Origin: Nitrospirota bacterium | GTDB lineage: Bacteria > Nitrospirota > Thermodesulfovibrionia > Thermodesulfovibrionales > UBA6898 | DNA length: 53,611 nucleotides | Assembly: GCA_016217695.1 (NCBI GenBank) | Contig: JACRHE010000089.1 | Location: 1 to 53,611, forward strand | Direction of reading: 5' to 3' | In this document: piece after piece, positions 37,171 through 46,019 of the stretch | How positions within the stretch are numbered: the first letter of the stretch is position 1 | Layout of the letters: each line of letters opens with the position of its first letter | Translations under genes and position numbers: made by a program | Notes under the pieces: generated by a model | What the model was told of the DNA's origin: nothing | The model's database searches: none | What the model saw: the letters and a program-made list of their open reading frames with translations, nothing else

Positions 37171-39468
37171 ATGAAATTCGCCGGTGAACTGCTCGACATT
37201 CTGGCCCAGTTCGGCGCAGGCCGCGGGGACCCTGCAAACATCGTGGTGCGTTTTCTCCTGCCCTCTTTTTTCTGGAGCTCTCTTCTCTGGATAGCAGGCA
37301 GACAGTGGAAGGCACGCAGGGATAAAAGAGATTATTACGTCGCCATGGCAGCGTTTGCCGGACTGAGCAGGGAGCTAATCATGTTCGTTGCCGAATACGG
37401 CGGCCTGAGAGGCTTTCTATCCTTTGAAAGCGCCTTCAGGTTTTACCCGCCTGCCGAGCACGCCATTACCATGTTTTCCTGTCTTCTGATAGGCTATGCC
37501 TTCATGAGATTTTTTCTTCCCTGGCAGAGGTTTTCGCGTCTTTTCCTTATAACAGGCAGCTCTGCAATCGGCCTGCTGTATCTTGCAGCCGCACCTGCCT
37601 GGATATTCTATCTCAGGGAACATCCAGGAACCCTGTTCGGCGCGTTTTGGGGCGATATGGTCTTCCGGGTTACAGGCTCGTCTTTGATGGGGATAGTCCT
37701 GGTCTCCCTTGTTTTTGGGAGAAGAAGGGAAGTAGCGGTTCCTAACATACTTTTTGTGGCCTTTTCCTTTTTCTTCCTCGACGAATTTCTCATGATCTTC
37801 AACCTTGCAGGCGGAGAGATCTACAGGGATACCTTCGGCCCGCTAAGACACAATCTTCACATCTGGGCCGTGCCCCTCCTTGTCGCTGTCTACTGGAAAG
37901 AGCTTTTCAGCGAACTGGAAACCGAAAAGGAGCGCCTGTCAGTAACCCTCCGCTCCATCGGCGACGGGGTCATTGCAACGGATAGGCAAGGCTCCGTAAT
38001 CCTTATGAACAGGGTGGCGGAGGAGCTGACCGGCTGGAAACAGCCGGAGGCCCTGGGCAGGGAATTGAGCGAAGTATTCCACATCATCAACGAAAAGACC
38101 AGGGAGACCTGCGGGAACCCAGTCGAAGGGGTCCTGCAGTCAGGAGGCATTATAGGCCCGGCCAGGCATACGGTCCTGGTCTGCCGTGACAGCACGGAAC
38201 GCATTATCGCGGACAGCGGAGCCCCGATCAGGGACAGGGAAAGCCGTATCATCGGCGTCGTGCTGGTATTCAGGGATATTACGGAAAAAAGGATTGCGGA
38301 AGAGGAGCTGATGCGGGCTCACAAGCTTGAATCCATAGGGATCCTTGCCGGTGGCATAGCCCATGACTTCAACAACATCCTGACTGTCATAACTGGCAAT
38401 ATCAGCCTGGCGATGGATGATATCAGCTCCGGCCACCCTGCCGGCCGGCCTCTTGCAACGGCTGAGAATGCGACAGCCCGGGCATCTGATCTTGCCCGGC
38501 AGCTGCTCACCTTCTCAAGAGGCGGAGCTCCTGTCAGACAGACTGCCTCTCTTTCCGAGATGATTAGAGAGACGGCGTCATTTGCTGTTCGCGGCTCGAA
38601 GTGCAGATGCGAATTCTCCATCCCCGACGACCTCTGGCCCGGCAACGTAGATGAAGGACAGGTGAGTCAGGTTATTCATAATCTGGTCCTGAATGCTGAC
38701 CAGGCAATGCCGCAGGGAGGGACGATAAATATCTCTTGTGAAAACACAACATTAAATGAAGCCGGCAATATACCTCTGAAAAAAGGCAGATACCTGAAGA
38801 TAACTATCAGGGACGAGGGCATAGGCATCCCCAGAGAGTGCCTTGGAAAAATATTCGATCCCTATTTTACGACCAAACAGAAAGGGAGCGGACTCGGCTT
38901 GGCCGTCTCTTACTCCATCATCAGAAATCACGACGGTCATATCTCGGCAGACTCCATGCTCGGCACAGGAACTTCCTTCGAAATATATCTGCCTGCCTCT
39001 GCGGAAAGCCCTCATATCGCATCTCCAAAAAACTCCGCAATATTGCCCTTGGGTAGCGGCAGGATACTGGTCATGGATGACGAAGGCCTGATAATCGAAT
39101 TCCTTCACGAAACCCTCAGGCGAAACGGATATTCAGCAGATGGTGCAAAAGACGGTCAGGAAGCGATCAGGAAGTATAAAGAGGCGATGGATGCAGGAAG
39201 CCCCTTTAAGGCAGTGATCATGGATATCACCATCCCAGGCGGAATGGGAGGCGGGGAAGCCATAAGAAAGATCCTCTCGATCGATCCCTCTGCAAAGGTG
39301 ATAGTTTCGAGCGGTTATTCCAACGACCCGATCATGTCGGATTTCCGGACCTACGGTTTCTGCGGCGTGATTACAAAACCATACAAGAGCGGAGAGGTAA
39401 GGAAGGTTCTTCAGGAGGTGCTTGGTTCGGGGGATCCCCGGGAAGAAACAGGCAAAGCCGGCCAATGA
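37171..39468 (+). CDS. hybrid sensor histidine kinase/response regulator (multi-TM sensor-PAS-HisKA-HATPase-REC)
   Basis: About 7 N-terminal hydrophobic helices. PAS SIGDGVIATDRQGSVILMN. H-box GGIAHDFNNIL. HATPase boxes NLVLNADQAM, DEGIGI and GSGLGLA. REC ILVMDDEG...IMDITIPGG. Confidence 0.9.
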   Translation: MKFAGELLDILAQFGAGRGDPANIVVRFLLPSFFWSSLLWIAGRQWKARRDKRDYYVAMAAFAGLSRELIMFVAEYGGLRGFLSFESAFRFYPPAEHAITMFSCLLIGYAFMRFFLPWQRFSRLFLITGSSAIGLLYLAAAPAWIFYLREHPGTLFGAFWGDMVFRVTGSSLMGIVLVSLVFGRRREVAVPNILFVAFSFFFLDEFLMIFNLAGGEIYRDTFGPLRHNLHIWAVPLLVAVYWKELFSELETEKERLSVTLRSIGDGVIATDRQGSVILMNRVAEELTGWKQPEALGRELSEVFHIINEKTRETCGNPVEGVLQSGGIIGPARHTVLVCRDSTERIIADSGAPIRDRESRIIGVVLVFRDITEKRIAEEELMRAHKLESIGILAGGIAHDFNNILTVITGNISLAMDDISSGHPAGRPLATAENATARASDLARQLLTFSRGGAPVRQTASLSEMIRETASFAVRGSKCRCEFSIPDDLWPGNVDEGQVSQVIHNLVLNADQAMPQGGTINISCENTTLNEAGNIPLKKGRYLKITIRDEGIGIPRECLGKIFDPYFTTKQKGSGLGLAVSYSIIRNHDGHISADSMLGTGTSFEIYLPASAESPHIASPKNSAILPLGSGRILVMDDEGLIIEFLHETLRRNGYSADGAKDGQEAIRKYKEAMDAGSPFKAVIMDITIPGGMGGGEAIRKILSIDPSAKVIVSSGYSNDPIMSDFRTYGFCGVITKPYKSGEVRKVLQEVLGSGDPREETGKAGQ

Positions 39469-39472
39469 TTTC

Positions 39473-39502
39473 TTGACACAATTTCAGATAACCTCTTATA
39501 AT
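39473..39502 (+). promoter_or_regulatory. promoter TTGACA-N18-TATAAT for the tRNA cluster
   Basis: Both hexamers are consensus. The -10 box ends 36 nt upstream of tRNA-Arg. Confidence 0.55.
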
Positions 39503-39538
39503 CAACGTCTGCTTGATTTGCAGGTATTTTTTTACAGT

Positions 39539-39615
<77 letters not shown>

Positions 39616-39639
39616 TAATAATTTTTATTGCTGCGCAGG

Positions 39640-39668
39640 TTGACTGGACAGTTCTTTTCTGTTTTACT
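39640..39668 (+). promoter_or_regulatory. candidate internal promoter TTGACT-N17-TGtTTTACT upstream of tRNA-His
   Basis: The motif GGTTGAC...CTGTTTTACTAT is repeated upstream of tRNA-Lys at the same distance from the tRNA. Confidence 0.35.
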
Positions 39669-39701
39669 ATTAGAGATTCACGAGTTGTGGTTTTGTCCTA
39701 T

Positions 39702-39778
39702 GGTGGGCGTAGTTCAATGGTCAGAGCACTGGATTGTGGTTCCAGGTGTTGGGGGTTCGAGTCCCCTCGCCCACCCCA
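39702..39778 (+). tRNA. tRNA-His(GUG) with encoded G-1
   Basis: Extra 5' G pairs with C73. Anticodon loop ttGTGgt. Encoded CCA. Confidence 0.92.
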
Positions 39779-39880
39779 TACAAAATTTGCCCCGTAAATT
39801 TTGCGGGTTTAGGGGTCTTGGTTTCAACAGTTGGTCTCTGCTAATGACTGAACCCGAACAACGAATTACCGACGTTAACT

Positions 39881-39957
39881 GCGCCTGTAGCTCAGCTGGA
39901 TAGAGCATCAGCCTCCGGAGCTGAGGGCCGGAGGTTCGAATCCTCTCAGGCGCGCCA
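39881..39957 (+). tRNA. tRNA-Arg(CCG)
   Basis: Anticodon loop cTCCGga. The acceptor and T arms are identical to tRNA-Arg(UCU). Confidence 0.92.
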
Positions 39958-40012
39958 GACTATATCGAAAGTGGCAGGCAGACGATTATTCCGAAAGAGA
40001 CTGCTTTTGAGG

Positions 40013-40042
40013 TTGACGGTAATGAGGCATATCTGTTTTACT
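40013..40042 (+). promoter_or_regulatory. candidate internal promoter TTGACG-N18-TGtTTTACT upstream of tRNA-Lys
   Basis: Second copy of the GGTTGAC...CTGTTTTACTAT module. It ends 33 nt before the tRNA. Confidence 0.35.
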
Positions 40043-40076
40043 ATAGGGCTTCTGTTTTTTGGTGAATTCTTCAGAC

Positions 40077-40152
<76 letters not shown>

Positions 40153-40161
40153 TTAAAATCC

Positions 40162-40195
40162 AAGGGATCAGCCTTCACAGCCTGATCCCTTTTTC
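40162..40195 (+). terminator. rho-independent terminator (possibly bidirectional) between the tRNA cluster and the cytochrome c gene
   Basis: 10-bp stem AAGGGATCAG/CTGATCCCTT followed by a T-run. An A-rich stretch on the 5' side lets it also serve the convergent gene. Confidence 0.6.
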
Positions 40196-40227
40196 CTTAA
40201 TGACTCCAGACAAGAGTCATAATCAGA

Positions 40228-40554
40228 TTATTTGAAGGTCTTCAGGATATATTCGGCGATATCCTCTGCATCTTTGTCCGGAATGGTTGCTGCGCTCCAT
40301 GAGGTCATGCCCTTGCCCGGATGCCTCATCTTATCCACGATATCGGCCCTGTTCGTGATATTATGTGCCTCGCGATCCGCCTTCCGCAGTGTCTTGCCGG
40401 GACTGATAATGTTGCCGCCCTCAGGATGGCAGGCGCTACAATGCTCCTTAAAAAGTTCCTCCCCTGATTTGCCCGTCTTCGTTTCCGCAAGCCCCAGAGC
40501 AGCAAGGCCGCCGCTAACCATAAATACCGCTGCGATTATCAGAATCTTTCTCAT
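40228..40554 (-). CDS. monohaem class I c-type cytochrome (c553/c6-like)
   Basis: Signal peptide, CSACH haem motif, distal Met in GKGMTSW. 108 aa. Confidence 0.85.
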   Translation of the reverse strand: MRKILIIAAVFMVSGGLAALGLAETKTGKSGEELFKEHCSACHPEGGNIISPGKTLRKADREAHNITNRADIVDKMRHPGKGMTSWSAATIPDKDAEDIAEYILKTFK

Positions 40555-40687
40555 CTTATTTATCCTCCGTCAAATATTCAGCAGCATACAGATAAGTCCG
40601 TCGAAGCAGAGGTACTGCAGGCACCTCTCGCTTCACTGATTATATAGCATAGATGCTTTGGACTTGCAATACAGCCCCAGGCTGCTG

Positions 40688-41068
40688 CTAGTGTGCGCAG
40701 GCATCTCCATGGGAATGGCCGCCGCAACACATCCGACTGCTGTATTCGTCCAGCTGCCCTGTCAAAAACAGGCCGAGATTTTCGGAAATGGTTCCGGCCC
40801 GGGCCTTATAAGCCTTTATGCCCATCTGGCCAAGCCTATTCAGAGCACCTCCGCCGATGCCTCCGACAACGATTGCGTCAACCTTCTGGTTGTCAAGGGC
40901 CATAATCGGATTGCAGGCGCCATGCGCATGGTGCTGATCGCGATTAATGATAAGCGATGAAGCATTGGTGGCCGTATCAACTACGACGAACAGTGGCGCT
41001 GACCCAAAGTGGTTGTAAACCGTGCTCTCCATTCCTTCATCTTTTTGCACCGGGAAACATATCTTCAT
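40688..41068 (-). CDS. NifB/NifX-family iron-molybdenum-cofactor-binding domain protein with Cys/His-rich tail
   Basis: MKICFPV...HFGSAPLFVVVD...VDAIVVGGIGGGALNRL, C-terminal CCGGHSHGDACAH. ATG 41068 lies 2 nt after the DUF134 stop (the ORF is open from 41137). Confidence 0.8.
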   Translation of the reverse strand: MKICFPVQKDEGMESTVYNHFGSAPLFVVVDTATNASSLIINRDQHHAHGACNPIMALDNQKVDAIVVGGIGGGALNRLGQMGIKAYKARAGTISENLGLFLTGQLDEYSSRMCCGGHSHGDACAH

Positions 41069-41069
41069 T

Positions 41070-41369
41070 TTACTCCTCCTCTTTGCAGCTAATTTCTTCC
41101 AATACCAGTGCCCGGCATTCTGAGAGGGCAGTGGCAACCTTATTCCTGGCGCTTGCGAGTATCCTCTGAACTGTCCCTCTGGATATCCCCATCTTTAAGC
41201 CGGCGTCCTGCTGGGTAAGGCCGTCCTTGTCACAGAGTTTCAGGGTCTCGAGTTCGTCACGGAAGAGCTCTATCTCCTCCGTCTGCCGCATGGGAATGCC
41301 TGCAGGCTTGAATACCCTGCCCTTCACACTGCATTCGCAAGACCTCGGTTTCTTGCACCGGGGAGACAT
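41070..41369 (-). CDS. DUF134 (UPF0251) family putative DNA-binding protein
   Basis: N-terminus PRCKKPRSCEC...FKPAGIP and sigma-70-r4-like HTH LTQQDAGLKMGISRGTVQRIL. Confidence 0.75.
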   Translation of the reverse strand: MSPRCKKPRSCECSVKGRVFKPAGIPMRQTEEIELFRDELETLKLCDKDGLTQQDAGLKMGISRGTVQRILASARNKVATALSECRALVLEEISCKEEE

Positions 41370-41392
41370 TATCTCCCCTCTTCGGTTATTTT

Positions 41393-41404
41393 GTGCATAT
41401 GCAC
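41393..41404. promoter_or_regulatory. perfect 12-bp palindrome GTGCATATGCAC (candidate operator) abutting the -10 box of the DUF134 operon
   Basis: The minus strand reads TTGCTA-N17-TATAAT (41433..41405), followed immediately by the palindrome and then RBS GAGGGGA plus ATG 41369. Confidence 0.4.
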
Positions 41405-41433
41405 ATTATAACCATTACACTTCGTTTTAGCAA
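41405..41433 (-). promoter_or_regulatory. candidate promoter TTGCTA-N17-TATAAT for DUF134-NifX-like operon
   Basis: Hexamers and 17-nt spacing read directly from the sequence. Confidence 0.45.
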
Positions 41434-41472
41434 TTTTTCCTGCCTGCGGCTCTGAATCACAGAAGATGAGTT

Positions 41473-41500
41473 TTGACATTACGGGAAGAACTGGAATAAT
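41473..41500 (+). promoter_or_regulatory. candidate promoter TTGACA-N16-(TGg)AATAAT for the cytochrome c/b5 gene
   Basis: Consensus -35 box and extended -10-like TGGAATAAT, about 60 nt upstream of ATG 41560. Confidence 0.4.
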
Positions 41501-41559
41501 GTTGGGCAGGAAAGATAATATCCATTAGCAATCCATCTTAGAAAGTGAGGCACCGCATT

Positions 41560-42009
41560 ATGAAATTTATTTTATGTCCCCTGGTCTTGTCTTTTATACT
41601 GGCCCTGGTCTTAATTCCGGCAAACGGGTCCGGAACGGTTGAATATGCAGGTCAGACCGGCAAGAACTGCGGCGACTGCCACGCCGATCCGACAGGAGGC
41701 GGGACGCTCACAAAAGATGGGGAGGCATTCAAAGACGCCCTCCGGATCAAGGGGCAGTACAGGGTGCTCAACCCGGTGCAGCGTGTAATACGTTTCATCA
41801 TCGGTTATTTTCATACCCTTACAGCCATCATCTGGTTCGGAACGATCCTTTATGTTCATATAGTCCTGAAGCCTGCCTATGCTGCACGGGGGCTGCCAAA
41901 AGGCGAACTGACAATCGGCTGGGGCTCAATTATTATTTTGGCGGTAACCGGCACCCTGCTTTCCATTGCGCGTGTGCCGAACTGGCAGATGCTCTTTCAT
42001 ACCAGGTAG
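41560..42009 (+). CDS. membrane c-type cytochrome, N-terminal part of an apparently frame-split gene
   Basis: Signal peptide, CGDCH haem motif, then 2-3 TM helices. It ends at TAG 42007..42009 in the middle of a hydrophobic segment that continues in the +1 frame. Confidence 0.6.
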   Translation: MKFILCPLVLSFILALVLIPANGSGTVEYAGQTGKNCGDCHADPTGGGTLTKDGEAFKDALRIKGQYRVLNPVQRVIRFIIGYFHTLTAIIWFGTILYVHIVLKPAYAARGLPKGELTIGWGSIIILAVTGTLLSIARVPNWQMLFHTR

Positions 42010-42475
42010 AGGCATCCTTCTCTTTATAAAGATCATCCTCTTTCTCGTTATGGTCTCCACAGCAATATTTGTCACATTCGTCGTAGGCCCGAAGTTGCGA
42101 AAAAAGAGACAGTGCGAAATTAAGCAATGTCCGCAAGACCTCAATCCGGATCAACTCTCCCGGTTTGACGGTAATGAGGGCCGGCCTGCATATGTGGCAT
42201 ACATGGGCACTATCTATGATGTCTCCGGCAGTAAACTCTGGAAGGGCGGAAGTCACTTCAGAAGACATACGGCAGGGCTTGACATGACAGATGTCCTTAA
42301 AACTGCTCCCCATAAGGAAGACAAGCTCACCGGCATGCCTGTTGTCAGCAGGCTCGTGGCTCAGGAACAGCAGAAAAAGCCGCCTCAGATGAGGATCTTT
42401 TATTTCCTGGCCTATATGAACCTTTTTCTTATATTTTCGATTGTCTTTGTCATATCTCTCTGGCGTTGGTGGTAA
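41966..42475 (+). CDS. TM + cytochrome b5-like haem/steroid-binding domain + TM, C-terminal part of the split gene
   Basis: FDGNEGRPAYVAYMGTIYDVSGSKLWKGGSHFRRHTAGLDMT is b5-like/PGRMC-like. There is no RBS before any internal ATG, and the helix GILLFIKIILFLVMVSTAIF continues from the upstream ORF. Confidence 0.55.
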   Translation: MRVCRTGRCSFIPGRGILLFIKIILFLVMVSTAIFVTFVVGPKLRKKRQCEIKQCPQDLNPDQLSRFDGNEGRPAYVAYMGTIYDVSGSKLWKGGSHFRRHTAGLDMTDVLKTAPHKEDKLTGMPVVSRLVAQEQQKKPPQMRIFYFLAYMNLFLIFSIVFVISLWRWW

Positions 42476-42540
42476 GACATTTTGGAGATATAATAGATAA
42501 AGAGGAATAAAATTTGAGACGGTTGTCAGGGAGGTATCTT

Positions 42541-42801
42541 ATGGGTTACACAAACGTCGCACTGAAAGACAAGATCATGGAGATGTATCCTGAAGTCGAA
42601 AGACATGGTATTTCTGTCAGCCTCGATTTCAGCGAGGCGAAGAATGCCTACATCGTAAAATTCAGGAAAGGCTCTCATGAGCTCTCCACGCATCTTGAAA
42701 AGAAAGACGCAGATGAGTGCATGGACGGTTTCAAGTGCGTCTATCTCGGCATGCAGATAGGCGAATTCATGAAGAATTTCGAAGAGACCAGCAGGGCATA
42801 A
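42541..42801 (+). CDS. hypothetical small protein (86 aa)
   Basis: RBS GGGAGG precedes ATG 42541. No domain recognised. Confidence 0.55.
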   Translation: MGYTNVALKDKIMEMYPEVERHGISVSLDFSEAKNAYIVKFRKGSHELSTHLEKKDADECMDGFKCVYLGMQIGEFMKNFEETSRA

Positions 42802-42814
42802 GGAGGGAATTTTT

Positions 42815-43003
42815 ATGAAAAAGCCCGTTGTAGACTATGAAACGTGTATAGGCTGCGGCACATGCATTGAACTCTGCCCGGCAGTATTTGAGCTCAAAAG
42901 TGATGATAAGGCCTGGGTGATAGGCCCTGACAAATGCGACACCTGCAACTGTCAGGAGGCTATCGACGCCTGCCCTGTAGAGGCTATCAGCTGGGGCGAC
43001 TGA
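42815..43003 (+). CDS. small [4Fe-4S]/[3Fe-4S] ferredoxin
   Basis: 62 aa with CIGCGTCIELCP plus distal C..CP. RBS AAGGAGGG. Paralogous to 28860..29051. Confidence 0.85.
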   Translation: MKKPVVDYETCIGCGTCIELCPAVFELKSDDKAWVIGPDKCDTCNCQEAIDACPVEAISWGD

Positions 43004-43038
43004 GGGAAACAAAAAGGGCTTTTTGCGAATATAGCCGT

Positions 43039-44253
43039 CTACAGATGCCGCGCGACATGCCCCTTATCCTCTACGAGTTCGTAGTCGAACTTCTCGGGCC
43101 TTCTTCCGAAACAGGTGCCGAGACTTTCGAAAAGGGCAATCTCCTTGACATCCACCTCTCTGCGCTTGATGGCCTCGCTCGTAGCCATATAGTGGATCTT
43201 CTGTCCGTCAACGTTAACAACGGTATTGCCGGTCTTCCCCTCCAGCAACATGCATACAGCGGCTGCGCCGGCCTTATAGCCGAAGTTCACGTCAAAGGCT
43301 GAAGAGCCTCCGGAGCGTACAAGATGGCCAGGGGTCACCTCCCTCACCTCAGGCACCTCATATACGCCGGGCGCATACATGCCGGTCTTCTTCATGAAAT
43401 CTATCACCTCAGGGTCCTTCTTGAGCCTCTTTTCGAGCTGCTGCCGGATATATTTGCCTGCGCCGGCAAGCTTTTTGTGGCCGAACGCATCGACCCCTGC
43501 TGATTCGTCATAGAGCATCTCGCCGTTGGCGTTTTTCAACCCCTCGGCTACAACTATGATATAGGTGCCGGCCTTAACATCGCTCCTCAATACCCTGCCG
43601 AAATATGTAGCCTTCATATGCTCATAGACGACATCGAAGTCAACCGGGATCTCTGGTATCAGTATGCAGTCAGCCTCCGCGCCTATGCCTCCCCGAAACG
43701 CTGTATGGCCAACATACCTTCCGAAGACCTCTATTACGAGCACCCTGTTATGGCTCAGGCCGGTTGTCTTAAGGTCCCTGGAGAAGACCGCTATCCTGTT
43801 GACAGCTGAATCTCCTCCGACGCTATACGGTTGGAGGTCCAGGTCCATGGTCTTGGGTACATGGATGCAGGGGATACCCTGGTTACTGAGATCGACCACA
43901 ACGCTTCCGGTGTCATCTCCGCCGCTGATGACAAGCGCGTCTATCCCGAATTTCTTAAGCCCTTCCTTGATCCTCTCGTACTTGTTAGGATCCGCTATCT
44001 TGCTGATCTTTACACGCGAATGACCTGCCTCCGAGCCTGCAAGAGATGCCTCTATGCGGCTCACCCTTTCAGCATTGAGCAGCACAACCTCCGGCAGTTC
44101 GACGAGATTATAGAGTCCTGCGTACCCGTTAGGTATGACAACAGACTCGATACCAAAGGAATATGCCTCTCTTGCCATGCCCTTGATGACTGCGTTCAGA
44201 CCTCCGCAGTCCCCGCCGCTTGTGATAACACCGATTCTCTTAATGGATGCCAT
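43039..44253 (-). CDS. pfk: 6-phosphofructokinase (PfkA family, ATP- or PPi-dependent not resolved)
   Basis: IGVITSGGDCGGLNAVIKG, ISGGDDTG and PKTMDLDL. 404 aa. Confidence 0.88.
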   Translation of the reverse strand: MASIKRIGVITSGGDCGGLNAVIKGMAREAYSFGIESVVIPNGYAGLYNLVELPEVVLLNAERVSRIEASLAGSEAGHSRVKISKIADPNKYERIKEGLKKFGIDALVISGGDDTGSVVVDLSNQGIPCIHVPKTMDLDLQPYSVGGDSAVNRIAVFSRDLKTTGLSHNRVLVIEVFGRYVGHTAFRGGIGAEADCILIPEIPVDFDVVYEHMKATYFGRVLRSDVKAGTYIIVVAEGLKNANGEMLYDESAGVDAFGHKKLAGAGKYIRQQLEKRLKKDPEVIDFMKKTGMYAPGVYEVPEVREVTPGHLVRSGGSSAFDVNFGYKAGAAAVCMLLEGKTGNTVVNVDGQKIHYMATSEAIKRREVDVKEIALFESLGTCFGRRPEKFDYELVEDKGHVARHL

Positions 44254-44360
44254 GGAGCCCTCCTGATATGATTGTTATTTAGCGCGCCTTCTAAGGCAAC
44301 GAAATCTATTTTATAAAATATGGAGCCGGGATGCCATAAGAAAAAAATACCCTAACCCTC

Positions 44361-44511
44361 ATTATTCATAAATTTGACGGGCAGGCCGAAAAAGCTTTTC
44401 GTCGGCAACGGGAGCGCATAATATAACTTGCATAGTCTGCTCCGATCAAGAAGAAGAATATTCCGATTACGACCGCTTACGAAAAGGTTCTTGAGGCAGT
44501 GGCCGTCAAAT
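44361..44511 (+). repeat. intergenic repeat family, copy B
   Basis: ATTATTCATAAATTTGACGGG...GCCGAAAAAGCTTTTCGTC...GCTTACGAAAAGGTTCTTGAGGCAGTGGCCGTCAAAT. The terminal arms carry the compensatory G/C pair relative to copy A. Confidence 0.65.
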
Positions 44512-44541
44512 GCCTGACTGTTTAACAATACGCATCAAATA

Positions 44542-45852
44542 TTATTTATAAACGGCTTTGCCGCCGTTGTCCATCAGCGCCTGGATTGGCTTGAGGCCGT
44601 AAGGGCTACCCTGCTCAATGGCTGTCAGCACGGTGCCACCCCCGGTGAAGAAATAATACTGCGCATTGTCCAGCACCGACAGGTAAAGGCCCGGGCAGAG
44701 GTCCTTGAACTCCTGGAGCGTATCTCCGCCGCCATAGAGTTTTTTTGCATCGGCATTCCTGTCTATGGTCTCGTCAAGCGCCTGAGAGCCCTCTGAAAAA
44801 TGAGGAGTAAATCCCATGACCGCATTTACGAATATCGCGTTTGAATTCAGTATGCTTTCCAGCACTGCCTTGTCGGCAAAAGACTCCCTGTCAATATCCA
44901 GGACATATCCGTAGCTCTGCCCTTTTTTAAGATCCTTAAGAGCGATAGTTCTGTACCTCCCCTCCACCTTCGCTTCAAGGATATCGGACTCGACAATGTA
45001 GGGGAGCTCAACGATCTTGCCCTGTTTTCTGTCCATCTCCACGAGCTCTTTTGCAGCCTCTATCTCCTTGCCGGTCACGCCATTGATGCGTATATCGTAT
45101 TTGGCGCAGAGAAAAGTGTTGTAGATCACGCCTCCCAGGATCAGGCTGTCGGCCTTGTTATAAATGGCGTAGAGAGGTCCTATCTTCGTGTCATACTTTG
45201 ATCCTGCCACAACAGCAGTAAAAGGCCGGGCAGGGTCCAGCACATAGTCCAGGTTCATAATCTCTTCCTGCATAAGGAAGCCGGCAAAGGAAGGCAGGAA
45301 CCTGGTGATATCATAGGTCGAAACATGAGCCTGCCATGAGCCGAACGCGTCGTTTATGAAGATGTCCGAAAGGCCTGCAAGCTGTAGCGCCAGCTTCTGC
45401 CTGTTTTCTCCTTCGGCCTCTTCTGCCTGAAACCAGCGCGTGTTCGGAAGGTATATACCTCCGATCCGTCTTTCTTTCAGCGCCCTGATCGCGTGGTTTA
45501 TCGATGTGTCGATCCCGGTGATGCCCAGTCCAGGGGTCTCGTGGAATTCAGGGATATGGAACTTTATATGGAGCTTGCGCTCCAGATATTCCACAATCGG
45601 CTTTACGGATTCCTCTTCCCTGCATCTGATCTCTCCGTTTTTTTTGTCCTTTGGCCTGCCGATGTGGGTCATGAGGATCGGCCGTCCCCCGCGCTCGACT
45701 ATGTTATAAAGGGTCCCGAGTGTCCTGTCTATGCGGTAGGGATCGCGTATCACGCCGTTTTTTACGACGTTGTGGTCGAAACGCACAAGGACCACTTTGC
45801 CTTCAATCGGCGCGTTCTGAATTACCGGCAGCCTTGGGTCTATCACACTCAT
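44542..45852 (-). CDS. pgk: phosphoglycerate kinase (long, divergent form)
   Basis: KVVLVRFDHNV...RIDRTLGTLYNIVERGGRPILMTHIGRP and C-terminal GGGDT are PGK signatures. 436 aa. Confidence 0.8.
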   Translation of the reverse strand: MSVIDPRLPVIQNAPIEGKVVLVRFDHNVVKNGVIRDPYRIDRTLGTLYNIVERGGRPILMTHIGRPKDKKNGEIRCREEESVKPIVEYLERKLHIKFHIPEFHETPGLGITGIDTSINHAIRALKERRIGGIYLPNTRWFQAEEAEGENRQKLALQLAGLSDIFINDAFGSWQAHVSTYDITRFLPSFAGFLMQEEIMNLDYVLDPARPFTAVVAGSKYDTKIGPLYAIYNKADSLILGGVIYNTFLCAKYDIRINGVTGKEIEAAKELVEMDRKQGKIVELPYIVESDILEAKVEGRYRTIALKDLKKGQSYGYVLDIDRESFADKAVLESILNSNAIFVNAVMGFTPHFSEGSQALDETIDRNADAKKLYGGGDTLQEFKDLCPGLYLSVLDNAQYYFFTGGGTVLTAIEQGSPYGLKPIQALMDNGGKAVYK

Positions 45853-46019
45853 GAAGCACCTCCGGAGTACGACTTATTTATGACTACACAAAAGATAGGG
45901 CAAATATAAGGACAAGATATCACATGAGAAGACCCTTTGCAATAAAGGTCCCCACAATCCACCAACAACTTTGCGGGGGGATGCATCAGAGCGGATTCAG
46001 CGGTCCGTATGGCCGCACA

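Noticed and set aside
43004-43038. CAAAAAGGGCTTTTTG hairpin between the convergent ferredoxin and pfk genes as a bidirectional terminator.
   Set aside because: The stem is only A/T-rich (7 bp) with a 2-nt loop, which is sterically implausible. It is too weak to call.
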